In this document: positions 13,615 to 23,825 of the stretch, piece by piece
How positions within the stretch are numbered: position 1 is the stretch's first letter
How the letters are laid out: each line of letters opens with the position of its first letter
Assembly: GCA_964016885.1 (NCBI GenBank)
Contig: OZ024741.1
Coordinates: 86,490,001-86,554,000, forward strand
Direction of reading: 5' to 3'
DNA length: 64,000 bases
From: Eledone cirrhosa
Lineage: Eukaryota
Position numbers and translations under genes: made by a program
Notes under the pieces: model-generated
Database searches by the model: none
What the model was told of the DNA's origin: nothing
The model's input: only the letters and a program-made list of their open reading frames with translations

Positions 13615-13781
13615 CTCTTGTACTGCTATCATCAAGTAAAATTACTTCTTTTAAATATTCAGGTGGTGACCTATTTATGACACTGTGGATAGTTCTAACA
13701 AGAGGAGAGAAAGCTTCATTATAATAAATGATTATCACACTGGCAGTAGGTAGATCTTTAGGGTACCTGATGTCCTGACAT
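13615..13781 (-). CDS. GALNT: GALNT exon 2 (start of GT-A catalytic domain)
   Basis: ttttttAG acceptor (13783-13782) and GT donor at 13614; phase 2 to 1. [55 protein letters not shown]. Confidence 0.95.
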
Positions 13782-13818
13782 CTAAAAAAGTAAAAATAAA
13801 AATAATAATAATAATAAT

Positions 13819-15603
13819 ATGTTAAGAATTGAATAGAACTGTTATGCAATGTTACCTGAAGAGTAACCCCAAGGAGAAAGGCTATAGGAAACGGATGCAT
13901 AACATCTGGAACGAGATTGGTCTATTTAAATTAGATGAACAAAAATTGGCCGGGCAGGCTCGGGTAATAAGAACTAATGGGTGGATAAGCGAGCTGCCCC
14001 TGACCAGTGTACTGTGAAAAGTGAGAGCAGGATACAGGTTGGGAAAGGGAGAGCTTACCATCAATCACCTCCTCTTCATAGACGATCTTAAGCTCTTCGG
14101 GAAGAGTGAGAAGGAGTTGGATGTGCTTGTTGACACTGTCCGTATTTTCAGCAATGATATATGTATGCAATTTGGTATTAGTAAGTGTGGAGTCATTGTG
14201 ATGAAGAGGGGTAAATTGAGCAGAAGTAACGGAATCCAGGTACCAACAGGTGAGATGATAAAGGAAATTGACTCTGAAGAAGGATACAAGTATTTGGGTG
14301 TTCTGGAGGCTGATGACATCAAGAACAAAAAAATGAAGGAATTGATAAGAACTGAATACATTCGGAGAGTAAGGAGCATATTAAAGTCACATCTGAACAG
14401 TAGGAATGCCATAAGTGCAGTAAATTCCCGAGCTGTGTCTATTATTAGGTACAGTGCGGGAATTCTGAGATGGAATGTTGCTGAACAAAAAGAAATGGAT
14501 AGGAAGACTAGGAAGCTATTGACTATCTACAACATGTTCCACAAGAGGAGTGATGTCGATAGACTCTACTTAAGGAGATCTGAAGGTGGAAGAGGTCTTA
14601 TCAGCATAGAGAACTGTGTTCAGATGGAGAAAAACAACCTACACAAATACGTGACTGATAGTAAGGAGCCAATGCTCAGAACTGTACTGAAGGAGGGGAC
14701 AATAGACCAGGGGATGTCCAAGGAGGAAATAACATCAAGGAGAAAGAGCAGCCTTCAGGAAAAATCCCTTCATAGTACCTTCTTTGAGAAAACTGAATTT
14801 AGAGATCCACAGACATGGAACTGGTTGAAAAGAGGAGACCTTAAAAAGGCTACAGAAGGAATGTTAATGGCTGTGCAGGAGCAGGCCCTCAAAACGAAGT
14901 GGTTGAAACACCATATTTACAAGGAGGAGGCTAGCCCACTGTGCAGGATCTGTGGAGAGAGAGAGGAGACTGTGGCTCACATTGTATCCGAGTGTAAACA
15001 CCTAGCCCAGACTCACTATAAGGGCTGGAGACATGATGTGATGGGCAGGGTGATCCACTGGCACCTATGCAAAGTAAACAATTTACCACATTCTGAGAAG
15101 TGGTATGAGCATAAGCCAGAGTCGGTGATAGAAAACGATCAGGTGAAGGTGCTGTGGGATTTTAGGATACAGACGGACAAGAAACTGGAACACAATAGAC
15201 CTGACTTGGTGGTTGTGGACATAGAAAAAAGATTGTGCCTGATTGTGGATGTGGCCTGCCCATTCGACACGAGAGTGCAAGAGAAGGAGAGGGAGAAAAT
15301 TAACCGATACCAGGACTTAAAGTGGGAGGTAAAAAGGATTTGGAACTGCCATGAAGTCAAAGTGATCCCGATTGTCATAGGCGCACTAGGGACTATCTCA
15401 AAAAGTTTCCAGGGATGGTTAAAGAAAATTGGCCCTGCCACGTTTTTTGGAACGCTTCAAAAGGCATGCTTGCTGGGAACAGCAAGAACCCTCCGATACG
15501 TCCTGAATATCTGAGGCTGCAGGTAGTGGCTTGATATTCATTTCAACAAACTTTCCAGTTAACTAACATCAATGACTGAGACTCAAAGAATAATAATAAT
15601 AAT
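13819..15603 (+). mobile_element. R4/Dong-clade non-LTR retrotransposon (restriction-like endonuclease), internally deleted
   Basis: N-terminal piece (ORF 13829-14017) joined to ORF 14021-15514, which has RT motif LLFIDDLKLF, CCHC CRICGEREETVAHIVSEC and RLE RPDLVVVD...DVACP...EK. (TAA)n on both sides. Confidence 0.9.
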
Positions 15604-16129
15604 ATAAGGATTATTATAAACAAAATAAAATACAAAAAATACAAGAAATACATTCTATTTTTTTTTCTTTCTTTCTTGTATTGTATAACATTTTACCATG
15701 CTGATGATAAAACATGCCAAAATCAGTCCCCGTCTGTACTTATTTAGATTGTTGACAAGTTTGATTATTAAATTCAGCTGGATAGAAAAAACTAGTGGGC
15801 AATACTTCTATGTTATATCAACTTCCCCACAAAAATTAATGATTAATTATGAAAGTGGTACTTGTATCACAACACAATGATGAAATAAACACAACTGATG
15901 ACATAAATCTAACAATCAAATCTCAAATTTAAACTCTGACCTACATAAGCTATATAAGACCCTTATGGCTTCCACATGATGCAGCCAGATGAAACAACTA
16001 AGCTGAAACTTCGAAGTCACTGCCATTTTTATACTTAGAAAATAAATTTCTACATTCTACTCCCCAGTATTGAGTGCTCATTCAGTTAATGTTTGAATGT
16101 TTTAAATACTACAGTATTTTAAACACATA

Positions 16130-16470
16130 TTCTAATTAGAAAATATAGGTATCCCAAACAACAGGAAATACTATAAACAACAGTTGATTAATTGATATAA
16201 ATAGCTTACATAAAATGTTATTTACATCCAAGCTGTTCATATAGCTTCTAGTTAAGATGAAATTTATTGTCAAAGGTTGATTATATCAATGGTTAGAGCA
16301 CTTGGTCGGAATTCAAGGGATACAGAGTTTGATTGTTTGTAGCAGCTGCTGGCCACATTTTTACATCCATAGGGATTTTATCTGATTCTCTAGGCTATTA
16401 TTTATAGTAATCAACTGTTGTTACAGTCTTTCCTGCATTTGAGATACCTATATTTTCTAATAAAGAATTT
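16130..16470. mobile_element. TIR element (~60 bp TIRs) with tRNA-like centre
   Basis: attagaaaatataggtatcccaaacaacaggaaatact...ttgatta pairs with taatcaactgttgttacagtctttcctgcatttgagatacctatattttctaat; tggttagagcacttggtcggaattcaag lies inside. Confidence 0.6.
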
Positions 16471-16526
16471 CATATTATCCAGCACTTTGATAGTTTACAT
16501 AGAATGTGTTTACATATTCTCATATA

Positions 16527-17514
16527 TTAGGGTGTTCGGAAATTAATTGTGTTTTTCCAGAAAGGATATAAAAAGGAATATAAACTATGTACATCTGAAT
16601 AATTTTAATCAAGAATGTAATCTCCATTGTTTTCAATGACTGCAGCCCAACGGGAAGGCAACTTTTTGATATCTGTTTACAAAAGCAGGCCACTTTCAAT
16701 GTAACTTTTCATTTACATGATCAAGTTGTTGACAATAGACATCTCCATTGATGGTCCTTCCATGTTCCAATAGCTTGTAATGGACAATACCTTTCATGTT
16801 CCACCAAACACAGAGCAAGAATTTTTGTGGATGGAGTTCTGGTTTTGGGTACTGGCCTCTCATTACGTGATAACCATTGTTTTTTTTTTATTTTCTGTTG
16901 TGATGTAAAACCCCTTTTTCATCACCTGTAACAATGTGCTGCAGGAATGGTAGGTGGTTATTCCTAGTTAGAAGGCTGCTGCAGATGTTGGAACGTTGTG
17001 TTTAGTTCTCAAGTGTAACTCATGTGGAACCCAAATTTCCTCTTTTTATGTTTTCCCAATTTGCTTGAGATGTTCATGGATAGTTGAACATGACATTAGA
17101 TTTATGTACCAAATCTATGGTGCTTTGATGTGGATCTGATACAATAATCTCAGTGAAAAGGTCGTCATTCAGAGTGGGTTGTCTTCAGGGTGAAACTTGT
17201 CAGAAATGTCACAATCACCATCTTTAAATCTTTTAAACTACAGCTGATATGTACAAGCTTTTACTGCATTTGGAAACACTTCACAAAAGTTTTTCATTGC
17301 TTCTGTTGTGATACTGTTCTTTCAAAACTCATACAGGCGAATATGTTGTTTCGTAAAGTTCTCATCCTTCATGGAGTTAATTACTATGAATGACATACTG
17401 CTAGATAGAAGAGATGCTATACTGAACTATTTTAAACAGTTCACACCCATTCGACTTTGGATGATGTGATTGGTTGATTCATGAAAAAACACAATTACTT
17501 TCCGGATACGCTAA
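16527..17514 (-). mobile_element. Mariner transposon remnant
   Basis: TA-flanked TIRs TTAGGGTGTTCGGAAATTAATTGTGTTTTT / AAAAAACACAATTACTTTCCGGATACGCTAA. The minus strand encodes WVPHEL and IVTGDEK motifs in broken frames. Confidence 0.85.
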
Positions 17515-17905
17515 TATATTTATATACACACACACACACATATATATAGAGAGAGAACGATACAGATAATGAACAATGGAAAAAAAAACACAAGACAAGA
17601 TATAAAATCAAAATCAAAGACATTTGTATTACATTCAGGAGTGAAATAAAAGATATTGACATTTTGGACAAAGTCCTTCTACAGAAAGCAGATGAAGAAA
17701 AAGAGCAAAAGAATAGAAATAAAATAAAATAACAGAAAAGGTCAGGTGAAGAGCTTATGTGTAATCTGTAGCAATTTTCTTCCATTCTAGCCATTGAATG
17801 ACCAGATGTGGTGTTCAGGATAAGAGAGTATGCGAGAGAGAAAGGGAAACGTAATGTGCATGTGTGTTTTAGTGAGTGTGTGTGTGAGAGAGAGAGAGTT
17901 AGCTT

Positions 17906-20900
17906 TCATCATCATCATCATCACCGTTTTACGTCCGTTCTTCCACGCTAGCATGGGCTAGACGGGTTGTCCTGTTGTGGGCAGTGTCTGGTTGGTTGAC
18001 CATGCCTTGCTCATACAGGAACTGATTTGGTTTGATTTCTACAGCTGGATGCCCTTCCTAACACCAACCTCATTTACAGTGAGTGCCGGGTGCTTTTTCG
18101 TGGCGCCTACACGTTCACTTTACAGTGTGGGCTGGGTGCTTTTTTGCCGTGGCATCTCCATGACCACTTTACAGTGGGAGGGGGTGGGGGCATATTGTCT
18201 ATATGCTTCAGCTTGTACCCATGGGAGGTCGGGTACTCTGTATTACTGCGTGACACCAGAGGTCACGGTCGTGTGTCATCGACTTGGAGAGGTGTAATTG
18301 GGTAAGGTCGCCTTTTATCACCTCATCCCAGGTCATCTTGGGTCTCCCCACTCCGCAGTTTCCATTGACTTCTAGTGCTCTGCACCTTTTTATGCAGCTG
18401 TCATCCTTCATACGCATCACATGTCCATACCAACGCAACCGCCTCTCCTGCACACAGCATTTGATTCCTCTTATGCTCAGTCTCTCTCTCAATTCATTTA
18501 TGCTTTGTCGTTCACGTATATTACTGTTACACATCCATCGGAGCATGCAGGCTTCGTTTCTCTCTAATCTACGTAAGTCTTCCACCTTCAGCGCCCAGGT
18601 CTCACTACCATGTAACATTGCTGTTCGGATACACGCATCATACAGTCTGCATTTTCATTTTGAGGGAGAAGCCTTTTGCAGCTAGCAGTGGTAGTAGTTC
18701 CCTGAACTTCTTCCATCCCGTTCTTACCCTAGTTATTGTACTTTCTGAACACCCACCTCCGCTGCTAATTCGGTCACCTAGGTAGCAGAAGCTGTCTACT
18801 GTCTCTACAGAGCCCGCCCAGAGATTGGTGGTACTTGTTTCCTGTGGCTGTTTGCTGCTTGCTGTCCCAGTACAGCTGCTGCATGTGAAGCCTACATTCT
18901 TAATTAAGCTTCCTGAGATCCCGCTACATCTCTTGTGTACCCATTGTTTGCATTTGGGACAGAAAATGGAGTTCCTACCTACACCTTTCCTACATACTGA
19001 GCAAGGCCATTTCCCTGAGGGGATCTGGGTTCTGTTTTCTCGTCTACTTACAAGGACCTTAGTCTTTGTCATGTTGACTTTGAGACTCTTTCTTTCTAGT
19101 CCCTGCTTCCAAGTTTGGAATTTCTTCTCTAGTTCTACCATAGATTCAGCTATAAGTGCGAGGTCATCAGCATACAGGAGTTCCCATGGGCATCCGGTCT
19201 TAAACTCCTCTGTTATTGCCTGCAGGACTATGATGAACAGGAGAGGGCTAAGAACAGAGCCCTGCTGGACCCCAACCTGTACGCTAAATTCCTCGCTATA
19301 TTCATTGCTAATCTTAACTTTGCTGACTGCTCCCCTATACATGGCTTGTACAGCTTTCACAAGCCATTCATCTACTCCTAGTTTTCTAAGAGCCCACCAG
19401 ATTACAGCACGTGGAACTCTGTCAAAGGCTTTCTCGAGATCGACGAATGCCAGGTAGAGTGGCTTACTTTTAGCTAGGTACTTTTGCTATGACACCTAGT
19501 ATTACCTGGTTAACAATACGTGTGGTTATAGTGTGACCTACAGACCCAGATGCCTTCAGCATCTTGGCAGCTATACCCGATGGACCGGTTGCCTTCCCCA
19601 TCTTCATATCTTTGATTGCCTTACTTACTACGCTGCTGCTGACTTGTACTGCTGGCCCCTCTATAGGGTCTACTTGGGGTAGGGTCTCTTCTTCCCATGC
19701 ATTCTCCTCATTTAGTAATCTATCATAATGACTTTTCCATGCATCTTTCTTCTCAGCACTTGTGAGGGCAAGCTCACCTTTATCATTCCGGATACACTTC
19801 TCTCCAATGACATCACAATTCTCTCTGACATACTGCCTCGCAATCTTGAACACCTCCTGTTTCTGGTCCTCACGTTGCAAAACATGCTTGAATTTTCTAT
19901 CCTCTGCTTCCCTCCTAGCTAAGTATACTTGTCGCCTAGCTTCCCTCTTGGTCTCTATGTAATGTACCCTGCTCCCTTCGTTCTTCCATTCTTTCCATGC
20001 CTGTCTCTTGGCCTTAACTGCCTCATCTACCTTATTGTTCCACCACCAAGTCACTCTCCTCCTGCTTGTGGTCTTACTCCAGCCACAGACCTCATCTGTC
20101 GCCTCTAGTAAGTTATTTTTTAGGAACTCCCAGTGTTCTTCTACATTGAATGTCTCTATCTGTTCTTCTTTACTGTCGTAGGCGTTGAGTAAAATATCTT
20201 TAAATCTGTTACTGGCTGAGGGGTCTTTCAGCTTCCAGATCTTTCTTCTCCAGGTTGGCCTCTGTTTCCAGGTTCGTCTAGTTCTGACTGTGAGGTCGCT
20301 GACAACTAAGCTATGTTGGGAGGTACATTCCTCACTAGGGAAGGCTTTTGTGTTTACGACCGTCCATCTGTCACGTCCTCTGATGAGGATAAAATCTATC
20401 TGACTAGAATGCTCCCCTGATCTATAGGTGATCAGGTGGTTGTCGGGTCTTTTGAAGTTTGTGTTACATATCGACATGTCATTGGCGTCGCAGAATTCTA
20501 GAAGTCTGAATCCTTCTTCATTTCTTGTGCCAACCCCATGGCCTCCATAGAAACCATCACGGTGTTTACCTACGTGTCCGTTAAAATCTCCTGCGATGAT
20601 TAGGAAGTCATTGTCGTTTGTTAGAGCAGTAGTGTGCATTAGGGACTCATAAAATCTATCCTTAAGTTCGTCTGGCAACCCCGATTGGGGTGCGTAAGCT
20701 GATATTATTGTGGTAATTGTTTTATTCAGGACTAGTCTGAGTTTAATGATTCTTGCATTCACCCTGTTTACTGAGATTACTTTATCAACCCATTTGTCAG
20801 CTAACAGTATACTTACACCACCCATCCCATCGTCATTTCCCACCCAGAAAAATTTGGAGCACTGACTTTTTCCTACAAAGACTCTAGCAGACTCTCCTCT

Positions 20901-21265
20901 CCATCTAGTCTCTTGCACACAGCATACATCAATTTCCTTTCGCTCTAGCATTTCTACGATTTCTCCTGCTCTTCCTTTCATTGTGCTTACATTGATGGTA
21001 CTAACTCAGAGTTTTGGGCATTTGTCGACACTCGTAGGGAAGGGTCGATTTTTGCAGGTGTGTGTGTGTGTTTCCTCTCTCTGGATTGGGGCTTCACATG
21101 GGTGCTTGGTAGCTTGCGGATTCATATTCATTTCATGTATTAATTCAGAGTTGCTCCAATTTATTCTCAGCTCATCCATACATAACGGTAGGAAAATTTC
21201 AGGGCTAGAAGAACAGTGGTGGTGGTAATAATGGCAGGGTGTGTTGGGCTGGGACGGGGGAGGAG
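17906..21265 (-). mobile_element. Near full-length RTE LINE (APE endonuclease + RT), subfamily 1
   Basis: ORFs 19470-20981 (VQETRW, AYAPQ, GDFNGH), 18638-19360 (QGSVLSP, YADD) and 18208-18618; (GAT)n tail; ~0.2 kb deletion near 19490 relative to the copy at 49-52 kb. Confidence 0.95.
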
Positions 21266-22638
21266 AGAGTTATGTGTGTGTGTGTCATTATCCAAGATAC
21301 ATTACCATAGGTGAGGGTTGGTATGACTACCGAATTGAAGAAAGCGAGTTTGGCTTTTACACCTACCTCCCTTCTACAGATTACCAAATGCTGAAGCTGA
21401 CGCATTACTGCACCAGCACCTGCAATTCTTGCAAATATGCATTTGCAATGTGTATTTATGTGGAGGCAGAGTGTGTATGTGTGTAAATCATCTTCAAAAC
21501 TATCCCTTTTCACTCCCCCAGAGTCACCACCATGCTAAATATCCTGAATCACTTCAAACCAACAAAGTCAGAGTCCTGACAATGTCCCTTCCATTATACT
21601 CAAATAACAAACCCTAGAGCTAAACCTATACTCACCAATTCATCAATTCCTCTCTTTCTTTCTACAATGATTGATCTTAAACTTTAGAAACACACTCCTG
21701 TGTGTCACATTCCCAATAAGGGCAATACCATATACCTTGACAACTCACTTCCAGCATCACTTCTCCAGCATCTAGAATTCCTCTTCCCCCCCTTAACTCT
21801 TAATATCCTATACCACGTGAAATCACATTAGCAAGGCAATCTTGAAAAATATAAAACAGCATTATGACTTCATTACATTAAACATTAAGGCCTTTATTCT
21901 AATACTGCAAATAATTTACACAACAATCTGTCCACTAAAAAAGATACTATAAGCATTTTGATTAACAAAAATGTATTTAGATATTTTCTGCTAAATCATT
22001 GTATGCATATATGAACCCATAACATCTGGTGGAGTCATAAAAGCAGAGTAGTGACATACAGTGTTTCTTGAGCATTGTAAATCTGGTGGAGCCCATCTCT
22101 CTTCAGGTCTAAACACAGCTGATTTCTTTCAGAGAAAGAGAGAGGATGAATAGATATAGAGAAGAATTGACCCCAAGACTAGACTGGTACTTTTTTTATC
22201 AACTTTGAAAAGATGAAAGGCAAAGCTGACCTCAGTGGGATTTTAACTCAGAGCACAGAGAGCCACATGAAATGCCACAAAGCATTTTATCTGATGTTCT
22301 AATGACTCTACCAAATCACTACCTCTGTTAAATGATTACAGGATGTTAAGAATTAATTACCACCAGCAGAGCTTTTGTAAAACTAGATTTGCTGGAAACC
22401 TCTCATATATTACTCGCAAGCTTTTCAAGAAATTTGGTGAGAACAATGTTGATAACCTTGAGATTAGCAAAGCAGTCACATGAATCTCCTGATGAAACAG
22501 CTTGCCTCAGTGTTCCATATGTTTCTCATCTCTTGGATCAGAAAATTTCTCTTAACTCTTTAGCATTTACATTTCTCTATATACACGAATGTATTTTTGT
22601 GGTAAAGGCTTTATCTTACACAATTATCTCATATAATA

Positions 22639-23783
22639 TAAAGGTCCTTGTAAGTAGACGAGAAAACAGAACCCAGATCCCCTCAGGGAAATGGCCTTGC
22701 TCAGTATGTAGGAAAGGTGTAGGTAGGAATTCCATTCTCTGCCCCAAATGCAAACAATGGGTACACAAGAGATGTAACGGGATCTCAGGAAGCTTAATTA
22801 AGAATGTAGGCTTCACATGCAGCAGCTGTGCTGAGACAGCAAGCAGCAAACAGCCACAGGAAACGAGTACCACCAATCTCTGGGAGGGCTCTGTAGAAGC
22901 AGTAGACAGCTTCTGCTACCTAGGTGACCGAATTAGCAGCGGAGGTGGGTGTTCAGAAAGTACAATAACTAGGGTAAGAACAGGATGGAAGAAATTCAGG
23001 GAACTACTGCCACTGCTAGCTGCAAAAGGCTTCTCCCTCAAAATGAAAGGCAGACTGTATGATGCGTGTATACGAACAGCAATGTTACATGGTAGTGAGA
23101 CCTGGATGCTGAAGGTGGAAGACTTATGTAGATTAGAAAGAAACGAAGCCTGCATGCTCCGATGGATGTGTAATAGTAATATACGCGAACGACAAAGTAT
23201 AAATGAATTGAGAGAGAGACTGAGCATAAGAGGAATCAAATGCTGTGTGCAGGAGAGGCGGTTGCGTTGGTATGGACATGTGATGCGTATGAAGGATGAC
23301 AGCTCCATAAAAAGGTGCAGAGCACTAGAAGTCAATGGAAACCGCGGAGTCGGGAGACCCAAAAAGACCTGGGATGAGGTGATAAAAGCCGACCTTACCC
23401 AATTACACCTCTCAAAGGCGATGACACATGACCGTGACCTCTGGCGTCACGCAGTAATACAGAGTGCCCGACCTCACATGGGTACAAGCTGAAGCATATA
23501 GACAATATGCCCCCACACCCTCCCACTGCAAGGTGGTCGTGGAGGTGCCACGGCAAAAAAGCACCCAGCCCACACTGTAAAGTGGACGTGTAGGCGCCAC
23601 GGAAAAAAGCACCCAGCACTCACTGTAAATGAGGTTGGTGTTAGGAAGGGCATCCAGCTGTAGAAATCAAGCCAAAATCAGTTCCTGTATGAGCAAGGCA
23701 TGGTCAGCTGACCAGACACTGCCCACAACAGGACAACCCGTCTAACCCATTCTAGCGTAAAACGATGATGATGATGATGATGA
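22639..23783 (+). mobile_element. 5'-truncated RTE LINE, subfamily 1
   Basis: Open frame KVLVSRRENR...ARPHMGTS, then 3' UTR and (GAT)n tail; nearly identical to 17906-19060 in inverted orientation. Confidence 0.95.
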
Positions 23784-23825
23784 ATATCGAATCTATGAGA
23801 TTTTGATGTTATTTATTTTGAGAAC

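Noticed and set aside
18284-19457. Long antisense ORFs over the RTE copies
   Set aside because: These are shadow frames of the RT coding strand, repeated in each copy, with no independent motifs.
22389-23492. 367-aa ORF as a novel gene
   Set aside because: It is a chance read-through from unique DNA and a MITE into a 5'-truncated RTE, and it starts at TTG.
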